Part shown: positions 19,419 through 29,182 of the stretch, in pieces
Layout of the letters: each line of letters opens with the position of its first letter
Numbering within the stretch: the stretch's first letter is position 1
NCBI GenBank assembly: GCA_963827275.1
Contig: CAWHAA010000008.1
Coordinates: 192,001 to 256,000 of the forward strand
Direction of reading: 5' to 3'
Source: an uncultured Spirochaetota bacterium
GTDB lineage: Bacteria > Spirochaetota > UBA4802 > UBA5550
DNA: 64,000 bases
Translations under genes and position numbers: made by a program
Notes under the pieces: generated by a model
Told to the model about the DNA's origin: nothing
The model's database searches: none
The model's input: only the letters and a program-made list of their open reading frames with translations

Positions 19419-21194
19419 TCAACGGGTCGCCATCGCGTCTTCGTCGATGACGGCCTTCTCCGCCCACAGGTAGGCGATCGTCTCGCACTTCAGCCTGAAT
19501 TCGTTATACGCGTCGCGCAAATACTCTCTCAGTTCTGGGTTGAGGGTGCGGTAAATCCGGCGCACGTTGCCCATGGCCCGGCGGGCCAGCCGCTCGACGG
19601 CGGCGGGCCTGATGGCCGCGGCTTTGCTGAATTTCGTCTCGTACTGCCGTTCGAGCTTCTCGATCGATGATTTCATGTACGCTGAGACCGTGTCCGCCCT
19701 GATGATATCGTCCGTTATTTTGAAAAGATGGTACCCTTTCACCGACAGGTTCACTGCCGTGGGAAAGTGCTTCGGGTTATGCACGAAGGCCGACGCCAGG
19801 AACCTGAGATAATGGGCCCCGTATTTTGAAAATGTCTGACGCAGCAGGGAGAGAAAGAGCGCCTTGACCTGCCTGCCGCTGATGGAGCTGTACGAGTAGC
19901 CGTTGTAGGGCATTCTCTTTATGAGCTCCGCGCACCGCCTGAAATAATGTTTCGGCTTATAGATGGCGGAGATGATCCGCTTGTATCCCTCCATGAGCGC
20001 CTCGCGCGGCATGCGGGGCTCGAAGTTCAGCTCCATCGAATGCGTGTTGTTGCCGTCTGTCTCGCCGACGAGGCGCCCCTCCCGCTGGAGGCGTCGGTAG
20101 AGCTGCGTGTTCGGCAGGGCGACCAGGGTGCCGATCATCGCCATGGGGATGGCGGCTTTCTTGATGAAATCGATCTGCAGGTCGAAAATGTCCTCCGGGT
20201 CGCTGTCGAACCCGACGATGAACCCGCCCATCACCTCAATCCCCTTGCCCTGTATGGCGCGTATGCTCTCGATCATGTCCGTCTTGGTGTTCTGCTGTTT
20301 CTGGTTCAGGGCGAGCGTTTCGACAATGGGGGTCTCGATGCCGAGAAAGACGCTGTCGAAGCCCGCTTCAACCATCTGGTCCATGAGCGGCCCGTCCTGC
20401 GCAAGGTTGATGCTCGCTTCGGTAAAAAACGCGTAGGGGTACTTCTTCGACTTCTGCCACCGGATGACATGGTCGAGGAGCTCCCGCACCTTTGCCTTGT
20501 TGCCGATGAAATTGTCGTCCACGATAAAGAGGGAGCCGCGGTAGCCCATGTCGTAGAGGAGGTCCATCTCGCGGAGGAACTGCTCCGGCTGCTTGTAGCG
20601 CGGCACGCGCCCGAACATTTCGATGATATCGCAGAATTCGCAGTTGAACGGGCATCCGCGCGACGCCTGCAGGGCCATCGACTCGTATGCGCCCATCTCC
20701 AGCAGATCAAAGCGCGGCGGCGGGGTCTTTGTTATATCGGGCTTTGAATCGTCGCTGTATACTTTTTTGGGGTGCCCCAGCTCAAGGTCCTCGATGAAGC
20801 GGGGGAGGGTGATCTCTCCTTCGTTGAGAATGAAGTGATCGACGCCCGTGATGCTCGCGTGGCTCGACGTGGGGTAAGGGCCCCCGGCGACGACCGTGGT
20901 GCCGCACTCGTTGCACCGGCGCACGACGTCATTGAACGATTCCTTCTGGACGATCATGGCGGACACGAATACCATGTCGGCGCCGGTAATGTCTTCAGGG
21001 GTGAGCTTCTGAATGTTCATGTCCACGAGGCGGACGTCATAGTCGGCGGGAAGCATCGCCGCCACGGTGAGGAGGCCCAGCGGCGGCATCAGGGTCTTGT
21101 ACCCGGCAAAGGGAAGGGCGTACTTGAAGCTCCAGTAGGTCGCAGGGATTTCAGGATACACCAGTAAAATCTTTTTTTTCATTATACTCTCCAT
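19419..21194 (-). CDS. B12-binding radical SAM protein (DUF4070 C-terminus)
   Basis: PPLGLLTVAAML, GGPY, SRGCPFNCEFC (CxxxCxxC), DDNFIGN, FIVGFDSD. Confidence 0.92.
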   Translation of the reverse strand: MESIMKKKILLVYPEIPATYWSFKYALPFAGYKTLMPPLGLLTVAAMLPADYDVRLVDMNIQKLTPEDITGADMVFVSAMIVQKESFNDVVRRCNECGTTVVAGGPYPTSSHASITGVDHFILNEGEITLPRFIEDLELGHPKKVYSDDSKPDITKTPPPRFDLLEMGAYESMALQASRGCPFNCEFCDIIEMFGRVPRYKQPEQFLREMDLLYDMGYRGSLFIVDDNFIGNKAKVRELLDHVIRWQKSKKYPYAFFTEASINLAQDGPLMDQMVEAGFDSVFLGIETPIVETLALNQKQQNTKTDMIESIRAIQGKGIEVMGGFIVGFDSDPEDIFDLQIDFIKKAAIPMAMIGTLVALPNTQLYRRLQREGRLVGETDGNNTHSMELNFEPRMPREALMEGYKRIISAIYKPKHYFRRCAELIKRMPYNGYSYSSISGRQVKALFLSLLRQTFSKYGAHYLRFLASAFVHNPKHFPTAVNLSVKGYHLFKITDDIIRADTVSAYMKSSIEKLERQYETKFSKAAAIRPAAVERLARRAMGNVRRIYRTLNPELREYLRDAYNEFRLKCETIAYLWAEKAVIDEDAMATR

Positions 21195-21280
21195 AATAAT
21201 TGCTTATAATTTCCAGACAGAGTAAGGTTTTCGCATACATGCGTATGCGGTTGAATGGTGCCGCGGGTGCCGCTCGGGGA

Positions 21281-21355
21281 TTACAGTGACCTGAGTATTT
21301 TTATGCCATATATGGCGCTGATAACAACAAATATTCCAAGTAATGATTCCAGCAT
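21281..21355 (-). CDS. Unannotated 24-aa hydrophobic peptide MLESLLGIFVVISAIYGIKILRSL
   Basis: AATAAGGAG RBS 6 nt before ATG, TAA stop, single-TM character; too short to appear in the ORF track. Confidence 0.55.
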   Translation of the reverse strand: MLESLLGIFVVISAIYGIKILRSL

Positions 21356-21595
21356 GGGAGACTCCTTATTCAAATCATGCCCGAGCGCTATAGCAGGCCC
21401 GTTTGTAATGAAAAGACAGGAATAACGCCCTGCCGGTTGCAAAAAAATACCCCCCTCTCACATGAACAGGGAGGCCGTATGGGGAGGCTCGGGAGGCGGA
21501 TAACGGCTCAAAAATCCGCCTGAAATAGTATTAATTAAATAATTGACATATAGGATATATACAAATTTTAATTAATTCAGGACTCAATGTTCCAT

Positions 21596-21685
21596 GGAAG
21601 AGGATGGGATCCGGTGGTCCCCGCGGTCTTCAAAACCGTAGGCTGCGATTTATCGCGGCGGCAGGTTCGATTCCTGCCCCTTCCG
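21596..21685 (+). tRNA. selC: tRNA-Sec (anticodon UCA), CCA not encoded
   Basis: 6-bp D stem GGGATC/GGTCCC; anticodon arm GCGGT-CTTCAAA-ACCGT; long variable arm GCTGCGA/TCGCGGC; T arm GCAGG-TTCGATT-CCTGC; G discriminator; directly upstream of selA. Confidence 0.97.
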
Positions 21686-21746
21686 CATACAGTTACATGG
21701 AAGTAGTATCCCGGCCGGGGCCGGGATTCCCGTTCCGGGGGCCGAT

Positions 21747-23141
21747 ATGGAAGACAGGAACCAGATTCTCAGGAACATCCCGCAGGTTGAAAAGATACTC
21801 CAGTCGGAGGACGTGCGCGGCTTCATACCGGTTATCGGCCGGCCGGCCATCGTGGAGATCGTCCGCGAGGTGCTTTCCGCGGTGCGCGCGAAGATCGAGG
21901 CGGATGGGCGCGTCGCTCCCGGGGAGATTGAGCAGGCGGTGGCAGCGCGGTGCGCGCTTAAAAGGATGAAGAAGCTCCAGCGCGTCGTCAACGGCACCGG
22001 GGTCATCATCCACACGAACCTGGGGCGCTCGCCCCTCGGGACCGACCTCCTGGAGCGCCTCGTTGAAACGCTGCCCGGCTACTGCAACCTCGAGCTCGTG
22101 CTCCCCGAGGGGAAGCGCGGCAGCCGCGGCGGGTTTGCCGAGGAGCTGATCTGCAAGAGTACCGGCGCGGAGGACGCGCTGATCGTGAACAACAACGCCT
22201 CGAGCGTGTTCCTCATATTGAATGAATTCGCGCGCGGCCGCGAGGTGGTCATATCCCGGGGCGAGCTGGTGCAGATCGGCGGCGGGTTCAGGATACCGGA
22301 CATCATGCGCCAGAGCGGCGCACGCATGGTCGAGGTCGGCACCACCAATATCACCACCATCGAGGACTACCGGCGCGCCGTCACCGCGGACACGGCCATG
22401 ATATTCTCCTGCCATAAGTCGAATTTCACCATGGAGGGCTTCACCGGGAGCCCCGCGCTGTCCGAGCTCGGGTCGCTCAGGAGCGGCTCGGTGCTCTTCG
22501 TGCGCGACCTGGGGAGCGGGAACCTCTCCGCCGACCCGCGCCTCCCGCGGCCGTTCGAGCCGACGGTGCGCTCCGAGATGGAGCAGGGGCCCGACCTCGT
22601 CTGCTTCAGCGGCGACAAGCTCCTGGGCGGGTGCCAGGCCGGCATCATCGTGGGCCGGAAAGACCTGGTGGCGCGGCTCAGGCGCAACCCCCTGATGCGC
22701 ATGCTGCGCGTTGACAAGGTCACCTACTTTCTCCTCCAGGAAACCCTCATACTGCACAGCAACGGCGAAACCGGGGACATCGAGCTCTGGCGGGTGATGC
22801 TGCAGGACGAAAAGGCGATTGCCGCGCGCATCGGCCGCTTCTTCAGGCTCATCACCCATCCGGCGAAAGAGGAGTGCATCAGGCGGGTCGATACGCGGAG
22901 CGTGGTGGGCGGCGGCGCGATGCCGGGGTTCCACCTGAAGAGCCGGGGCGTCAGCGTCGACGTGCCGGGGATGGAGGCCGGCGACCTGTATGCGGCGTTC
23001 CTGTCCGCTGACGTGCCCGTGGCCGGCTCCATTGTCGACGGCCGCTTCATCCTTGATTTCCGCACCATCCTTGACCGCGATGTCGCCCCCGCGGCGGGGG
23101 CCGCCGGGCGCATACTGGCCCGCCACTTCGGGGGTGAATGA
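21747..23141 (+). CDS. selA: L-seryl-tRNA(Sec) selenium transferase
   Basis: VVNGTGVIIHTNLGRSPL, VNNNA, SRGELVQIGGGFRIPDIM, EVGTTN, FSGDKLLGG. Confidence 0.97.
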   Translation: MEDRNQILRNIPQVEKILQSEDVRGFIPVIGRPAIVEIVREVLSAVRAKIEADGRVAPGEIEQAVAARCALKRMKKLQRVVNGTGVIIHTNLGRSPLGTDLLERLVETLPGYCNLELVLPEGKRGSRGGFAEELICKSTGAEDALIVNNNASSVFLILNEFARGREVVISRGELVQIGGGFRIPDIMRQSGARMVEVGTTNITTIEDYRRAVTADTAMIFSCHKSNFTMEGFTGSPALSELGSLRSGSVLFVRDLGSGNLSADPRLPRPFEPTVRSEMEQGPDLVCFSGDKLLGGCQAGIIVGRKDLVARLRRNPLMRMLRVDKVTYFLLQETLILHSNGETGDIELWRVMLQDEKAIAARIGRFFRLITHPAKEECIRRVDTRSVVGGGAMPGFHLKSRGVSVDVPGMEAGDLYAAFLSADVPVAGSIVDGRFILDFRTILDRDVAPAAGAAGRILARHFGGE

Positions 23142-24967
23142 TGTTCGTTGTCGGGACCTCCGGGCATATCGACCACGGCAAGACCTCCCTGATCCTCGCG
23201 CTCACCGGCGTCGACTGCGACCGCCTCCCCGAGGAAAAGGAGCGCCAGATGACCATCGACATCGGCTTCGCCTCCATGGCGATGCCCGGCTTCGGCACCG
23301 TGAGCTTCATCGACGTGCCGGGACACGAGCGCTTCATCCGCAACATGGTCGCCGGCGCGTGGGGGATCGACCTGGGGATGCTGGTGGTGGCCGCGGACGA
23401 CGGGTGGATGCCCCAGACCGAGGACCATTTCCGCGTGCTCCAGCTCCTCGGCATCGAGCGGATCATCGCGGTCATCAACAAGACCGACATGGTCGAGGCG
23501 GGGATGGCCGACCTGGTGGAGCAGCAGGTGCGCGAAAAGATCGCCGGCACCCCGTACGCGGGCGCGGACATCGCCCGGGTCTCGGCACGCACCGGCGCCG
23601 GGATCGACAGGCTCAGGGAAACCCTCGCGGCGAACCTGAAAAAGCTGTCCCGGGCGCGGGACGCGAACAAGCCATACCTCTACATAGACCGCGTTTTCGC
23701 CTCAAAGGGGCATGGGACCGTGGTCACCGGCACGCTCCGGAACGGCCTGCTCCACGACGATGACGCGGTCCGCATCCAGCCCGGCGGCCTGGATGCGCGC
23801 GTGAAAAGAATCGAGAGCCATCATAGCGAGCTCGCCGAGGGGAGCCCCTCACAGCGGACCGCGCTGAACCTGACCGGTGTCCAGACCGAAGCCCTCGGCC
23901 GCGGGCATATCCTGTACCGGCAGGGCTTTTTCACGGAATCCGGCGAGATCGTTGCCCGCATCCAGCTCCTGGACCCCGCGCGCGAGGTGAAGAACAACGC
24001 GGGGATCGAGGTGCTGATCGGCACCGCCGCGATCGGGGGGAAGCTCCTCCACTTCCCGGGCGACGCCGCGCGCACGGGCCTCTTCCCCGCCCGGATCAAG
24101 TTCGCGGAGCCCTGGTTCTGCTACCCGGGCGAGCCGTTCGTGCTCACCACGCCGGGCGGCTACCGCATCATCGGCGGCGGCATGGTGCTCCTGCCCGGGT
24201 ATGACCACCGCGCGCAGAAGGGCCGGGTCCTCGAGGGGCTGGGGATGTTTACGAACTACACGCTCGAGGAGCGCATGGCCTTCAGCATCGCCGCCAGGAC
24301 CGCGGTCAGGAAGGCGGACCTGGATTCAATGTTCCCGGAGAGCGCGGCGGACATCGAGCGCGCCGCCGTGTCCCTGCTCGCGCAGGGAACGGTGAAATCG
24401 ATCGGCGGCACGCTCATGATGGCGAAGCGCCTCGATGACGCTGAGAAGGCCGTGCGTGAAATGATACAGAAGAACGTCGGGCCCAATCTCAAGGAGGTAT
24501 CGGACGCCACCGGCACCGACCCGGAGATCTGCAGGATGATCATCGCGGCCATGGTGAAGGACGGCCGGGTGACCGAGAAAGAAGGCAAATTCTTCGCCGG
24601 CGGGCAGGCCGCGGCAGCGGACGCGCTGTCAAAGGGAAAAACGAAACTCCTCGAAGCCGTCCGCGGCAGGGGCGGAGAAGGGATGGAGCTCGACCGCATC
24701 ACGAACGAGCTGGAAAAGAGGGACGCCAGGGAGCTCGTGAAGCTCGGTCTTCTCGTGAGCCTCGACGGGAACATCATGTATCATAAAGATGTATATGAAG
24801 ACCTGAAGAGCAGGGTCATGAAGCTTTTCGAAAGCCGCGGCAAGGTGACCGTTCCCGAGGCGAAAGAGGCTGCCGGGCTTTCCCGGAAATTCATCCTGCC
24901 GCTCCTCAACCGGATCGAGCGGGACGGACTGATCAAGAGGCTCGGTGACTTCAGGATAAAGGCATGA
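23138..24967 (+). CDS. selB: Selenocysteine-specific elongation factor
   Basis: GHIDHGKT, DRLPEEKER.MTIDIGF, DVPGHERF, NKTD, C-terminal winged helix GLSRKFILPLL. Confidence 0.96.
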   Translation: MMFVVGTSGHIDHGKTSLILALTGVDCDRLPEEKERQMTIDIGFASMAMPGFGTVSFIDVPGHERFIRNMVAGAWGIDLGMLVVAADDGWMPQTEDHFRVLQLLGIERIIAVINKTDMVEAGMADLVEQQVREKIAGTPYAGADIARVSARTGAGIDRLRETLAANLKKLSRARDANKPYLYIDRVFASKGHGTVVTGTLRNGLLHDDDAVRIQPGGLDARVKRIESHHSELAEGSPSQRTALNLTGVQTEALGRGHILYRQGFFTESGEIVARIQLLDPAREVKNNAGIEVLIGTAAIGGKLLHFPGDAARTGLFPARIKFAEPWFCYPGEPFVLTTPGGYRIIGGGMVLLPGYDHRAQKGRVLEGLGMFTNYTLEERMAFSIAARTAVRKADLDSMFPESAADIERAAVSLLAQGTVKSIGGTLMMAKRLDDAEKAVREMIQKNVGPNLKEVSDATGTDPEICRMIIAAMVKDGRVTEKEGKFFAGGQAAAADALSKGKTKLLEAVRGRGGEGMELDRITNELEKRDARELVKLGLLVSLDGNIMYHKDVYEDLKSRVMKLFESRGKVTVPEAKEAAGLSRKFILPLLNRIERDGLIKRLGDFRIKA

Positions 24968-25749
24968 TCCTCGGCTTTGACATCGGCAACACCAGCACCA
25001 CTGCCGGCGTCTACGGGGACGACGCGGTGGCCCCGGACTACACCTTCCGCTTTCCCACGGTGAAACACGCGGGTCCGGACGAGCTCCACCGGCAGGTCCT
25101 GGGCGGCATGACGCGCCGCGGCGCGCACGAGGACAGGATTACGGTCAGCGGCCTTGCCTTTTCAAGCGTGGCGCCGGAGATAAACGATTCGTACCACCGC
25201 ATGGCGCGTGACTGCCACGGCGTCTCCGCCTTCGAAGTGACCTGCCGGAGCCTCCTCAATTTCAGGATCAATTACGATGACCCGCGCCAGCTCGGCGCGG
25301 ACCGGATCGTCAACGCCGCTGCGGCGTTCAGCGAATACGGCGGCGGGTCCATCGTTGTGGATATCGGCACTGCCGTGACTTTCTGCGTGCTCCTCGAGGA
25401 AGGCGTGTTCGACGGCGGCATCATCGCGCCGGGCATCGGCACCTCGATCAGCACGCTCGCGGCCCGGGCCTCACGGCTCCCCGAGGTGAAGTTTGAAAAG
25501 CCGGACCGCCTCGTGGCGCGCGACACGGTGAACGCGCTCAAGTCCGGCTTTTTCTACGGGTGGCTGTCGCTCGCGGAGGGGATCATCGCGAGGATCGAGC
25601 AGGAATACGCCCGTTCGTTTCAGGTGATCCTGACCGGCGGATACGCCGGCATGGTGGCGGGACACCTCTCCCACGAGACTATCGTTGATCAGCTGCTGGC
25701 CATGAAGGGCATCAAGATCGTGTATGATATGAACAAGTCCGCTTTATGA
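24964..25749 (+). CDS. coaX: Type III pantothenate kinase
   Basis: FDIGNT, LGADR, VVDIGTAVT, GGIIAPG, ILTGG. Confidence 0.93.
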   Translation: MILGFDIGNTSTTAGVYGDDAVAPDYTFRFPTVKHAGPDELHRQVLGGMTRRGAHEDRITVSGLAFSSVAPEINDSYHRMARDCHGVSAFEVTCRSLLNFRINYDDPRQLGADRIVNAAAAFSEYGGGSIVVDIGTAVTFCVLLEEGVFDGGIIAPGIGTSISTLAARASRLPEVKFEKPDRLVARDTVNALKSGFFYGWLSLAEGIIARIEQEYARSFQVILTGGYAGMVAGHLSHETIVDQLLAMKGIKIVYDMNKSAL

Positions 25750-25791
25750 GAGGGAGGCGTGTGCCCCCCGTTCATCAGAAGGCGGACGTTG

Positions 25792-28700
25792 CTACACGGT
25801 AAAATATCCCGCCTGGGGATGATGCACAAAAAACGCGCTGGTCGATTGTTCCGGCACCATCCCGCCGCTCTCGACGGTTTCAATGCCGATCCTGCCGGCG
25901 CCGACAAGACCGAGGAGCGTTTCGTTGTCTCCCATGTCCGGGCAGGGAGGATAGCCGAACGAATAGCGCAGGCCCCGGTCCGCAAGCCCGAGCTCTTTCC
26001 TGATCATGCCGCTCACCAACTCCGCCAGCGCCTCGGCAAGCTCCACGCCCAGGCCGTGGTAGAAGAGATAGTCGCGGTATTCACCCATGTCATACAGTCC
26101 GTGGACCAGGGCGTCAAGCCCGGGACCGATCGTGACCGCCTGGAGCGCGATCACGTCCGCTGTACCGCCTCCGTTTGGAAGGAAGTAATCGGCGATTGAC
26201 CGGCGGGGCGCTTTTTTCTGGCGCGGGAAATGAAAGCGGGCGACGCGTGTCCCGGGATCATCGGGGTCAAACAGGATGAGCGATTCTCCTTCGGAAACGC
26301 AGGGCCAGTACCCGTAGACCGCCCGGGGCGCAAGCACCCGGTCAGAGAGGAGCCGCTTCTTCATCCGGGTAAGGGCCGGCCGCACTTCGCGCGTGATGAG
26401 CGAGTCAAACTCATTCACGGGAAGCGCGCCCCGGCGGAAGCCCCACCGCGCCTTGAAGAGCACGGTTTCGTCAAGGAGCGGGAAGAGCGATTCGGGCGAC
26501 AGGGAGTCAAGCACGCGGCTTCCCGTAAAGGGAGGGCCGGGGATTGATGGCGGGGGGCGGAGTCCGTCCGCCTCTTCACGCGTGTCGGCCGGGACCCTCC
26601 GGGCCCGGGACGAGTAGCGCACCCGTTCCGCCTCGGCGTAGTCCGCGAGCTTCCCCTCTTTTAAAAGGGCCATGGCCTGGAGGCCCCTGAACGCATCCTC
26701 GCAGTACACGACCGGCGAGTCGAGGAGCGGCGCGCACGATTCCGCGACGAACCGCCGGGTGAGGGCGGCGCCGCCCAGCAGCACCGGGATATCCATGCCC
26801 TCCGCCTTCATGAACTCGAGGTTTTCCTTCATCACCTGTGTCGATTTGACGAGCAGGCCGCTCATGCCGATGGCGTCGGCCCCGTGCTCGCGCGCGGCCC
26901 CGATGATGGTTTCAATGTCGGCGCGGATCCCCAGGTTGTACACGCGGAAGCCGTTGTTTGACAGGATGATATCCACGAGGTTTTTGCCGATATCATGCAC
27001 GTCCCCTTTCACTGTCGCGAGCACAATGCTGGTCTGTTTCGCCGACGCGACCCTGTCCATGAACGGGGCCAGCAGGTCCACGGACTTCTTCATCACCTCG
27101 GCCGACTGGAGCACGAAGGGGAGCTGCATGGCGCCGCTCCCGAAGAGCTCGCCCACCCGTTTCATGGCGGGGACGAGGACGGCGTTGATGATATCGGCCG
27201 GCGACATTGTTTTCCTGAGGTCGTCGAGCAGCGTATCGAGGCCGGCGCGCGAGCCGTTGATCACCCGCCTGCGCAGCAGCTCTTCCGCCGTGAGCGACTC
27301 CTCCGCGGCGGCCTCTTCAACGGCCGCGCCTCCGCCCGCAGCCTCGAAGTGGCGGATAAACCCGAGCAGGGGGTCCCCCGCGCCGGCATTGTCGATCAGG
27401 TCCATCGCCCGCTTCGTGTCGGCCGTGTCGATACGGCTGACCGGGACAATCTGTGCGACGTTTACGATCGCAAGGTCGAGGCCTGCCGCCACCGCGCGGT
27501 GGAGAAACACCGAGTTCAGCACGGCGCGGGCGCGGGGGGCAAGGCCGAAGGAGACGTTGGACAGGCCGAGCAGGGTGAACACGCCGGGGAGCTCCTTCTT
27601 GATGCGCCCGATCGCCGCGAGCGTCTCCTTCGCCGCGTTTTTCAGGGACCCGTCGCCGCTCCCCAGGGTGAAGGTCAGGGGGTCGAAGATAATGTCTTCC
27701 GGCCTGAGGCCGGCTTCCTCGACCGCGAGCCCGTAGAGCCGGCGCGCCACCGAGAGCTTTTTTTCCGCGGTAGGCGCCATGCCCTGCTCGTCTATGGTCA
27801 GGGCAATTACCGCGGCACCGTAACGCCGCGCGAGGCCGCAGACCTCCCTGGCCCGGGCGCCGCCGTCTTCAAGGTTTATGGAGTTGATGACGGCCCTCCC
27901 GCCGTAGCGCTTCAGCGCCGCCTCTATCACGCGGGGCGAGGTGGAATCGATGACGAGCGGCAGGGGCACCCGGAGCGCGAATTGCGGGACAAGGGTTCCC
28001 ATGTCGGCGAGCTCGTCGCGTCCCGCGTAGGCGACGCAGAGATCGACCGCGTGGGCCCCTGAATCTACCTGGCTCCGCCCCACCTCGACCATGCCCTCCC
28101 AGTCATCGGCGAGAAGGCGCTCGCGGAACTGCTTGCTGCCATTGGTGTTCGCGCGCTCGCCCACGAAGAAGGGGGCCGGCTCCTGGCGCAGCTCCTGGAA
28201 GCGGTAGAGGCTGGCCACGCCCGGGACCGGGGCCGCGCTCCGGGCGGCGGGTGCAGCCCCCGCGAGCGCCTTCTTCAGTGCGGCAATGTGGGAGGGACCG
28301 GTGCCGCAGCAGCCGCCGGCCAGGCTGACGCCGTCCTGCACGACGAAATTTCTGAGGTCCGAGGCGAACTCGTCCGGCGACATCGTGTAAACGAGCGCGC
28401 CGTTCACGCTCTCCGGCAGGCCGGCGTTGGGCATCACGAGCACCGGCCCGGGGAAGCTCCGGCAGAGCTCGCGCACGTGGAGCGCCATCTGGCGGGGCCC
28501 GGTCGCGCAGTTGATGCCGATGATGTCCACTGACAGCGCGGAGAGTATCGCCGCCGCTGCCTGCGGCTCGGTGCCCACGAGGAGCGTGCCGGTCGCCTCG
28601 ACCGTGACGCTCACCGCCACGGGAAGGCGCGTACCGTGCGTTGCCATTGCGTCCCTGACCGCGCAGAGGCACGCCTTGATCTGCAGCGGGTCCTGGCAGG

Positions 28701-29178
28701 TCTCAAGTAAAAACAGGTCGATGCCGCCGTCAAGGAGGCCCTGCGCCGCCGGCAGGTATGATTCGTACAGATCATCGAAACCGGCGTGGCCGAGGGAGGG
28801 GAGCTTGGAGCCCGGGCCGAGGGACCCGGCCACGAAGCAGCGCCGGTCCCTCACTTCCGCCACTGCTTCGCGTGCTATCCGCGCGGCGGCGCTGCACAGG
28901 ACGCGCGTCTGGCCGTCCATCCCGTACTCGGCAAGGACGATCGCGTTCGCGCCGAAGGTATTGGTCTCAATTACATCCGCCCCGGCGTCGAGATAGGAGC
29001 GGTGGATGTTTTGTATGATGCCGGGTGCCGTGAGGTTCAGGGCCTCGTTGCAGCCGGTCCTGCCGCCCCAGTCCGTATCGGTGAGCGGGAGCTTCTGTAT
29101 CTCGGTGCCGATGGCCCCGTCGAACAGGAGCAGTGACCGCTCTTTCAGGCAGGCGAGAAAATCTGGTCCGTCGGTCAT
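25792..29178 (-). CDS. metH: Cobalamin-dependent methionine synthase
   Basis: DGAIGT, ETNTFG, NCATG, GGCCGT, VGERANTNGS, ATVKGDVHDIGKNLV, RYSFGYPPCP; GGAGG RBS before 29178. Confidence 0.95.
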   Translation of the reverse strand: MTDGPDFLACLKERSLLLFDGAIGTEIQKLPLTDTDWGGRTGCNEALNLTAPGIIQNIHRSYLDAGADVIETNTFGANAIVLAEYGMDGQTRVLCSAAARIAREAVAEVRDRRCFVAGSLGPGSKLPSLGHAGFDDLYESYLPAAQGLLDGGIDLFLLETCQDPLQIKACLCAVRDAMATHGTRLPVAVSVTVEATGTLLVGTEPQAAAAILSALSVDIIGINCATGPRQMALHVRELCRSFPGPVLVMPNAGLPESVNGALVYTMSPDEFASDLRNFVVQDGVSLAGGCCGTGPSHIAALKKALAGAAPAARSAAPVPGVASLYRFQELRQEPAPFFVGERANTNGSKQFRERLLADDWEGMVEVGRSQVDSGAHAVDLCVAYAGRDELADMGTLVPQFALRVPLPLVIDSTSPRVIEAALKRYGGRAVINSINLEDGGARAREVCGLARRYGAAVIALTIDEQGMAPTAEKKLSVARRLYGLAVEEAGLRPEDIIFDPLTFTLGSGDGSLKNAAKETLAAIGRIKKELPGVFTLLGLSNVSFGLAPRARAVLNSVFLHRAVAAGLDLAIVNVAQIVPVSRIDTADTKRAMDLIDNAGAGDPLLGFIRHFEAAGGGAAVEEAAAEESLTAEELLRRRVINGSRAGLDTLLDDLRKTMSPADIINAVLVPAMKRVGELFGSGAMQLPFVLQSAEVMKKSVDLLAPFMDRVASAKQTSIVLATVKGDVHDIGKNLVDIILSNNGFRVYNLGIRADIETIIGAAREHGADAIGMSGLLVKSTQVMKENLEFMKAEGMDIPVLLGGAALTRRFVAESCAPLLDSPVVYCEDAFRGLQAMALLKEGKLADYAEAERVRYSSRARRVPADTREEADGLRPPPSIPGPPFTGSRVLDSLSPESLFPLLDETVLFKARWGFRRGALPVNEFDSLITREVRPALTRMKKRLLSDRVLAPRAVYGYWPCVSEGESLILFDPDDPGTRVARFHFPRQKKAPRRSIADYFLPNGGGTADVIALQAVTIGPGLDALVHGLYDMGEYRDYLFYHGLGVELAEALAELVSGMIRKELGLADRGLRYSFGYPPCPDMGDNETLLGLVGAGRIGIETVESGGMVPEQSTSAFFVHHPQAGYFTV

Positions 29179-29182
29179 GGCG

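Noticed and set aside
21604..21969. 121-aa ORF
   Set aside because: Overlaps tRNA-Sec and the start of selA
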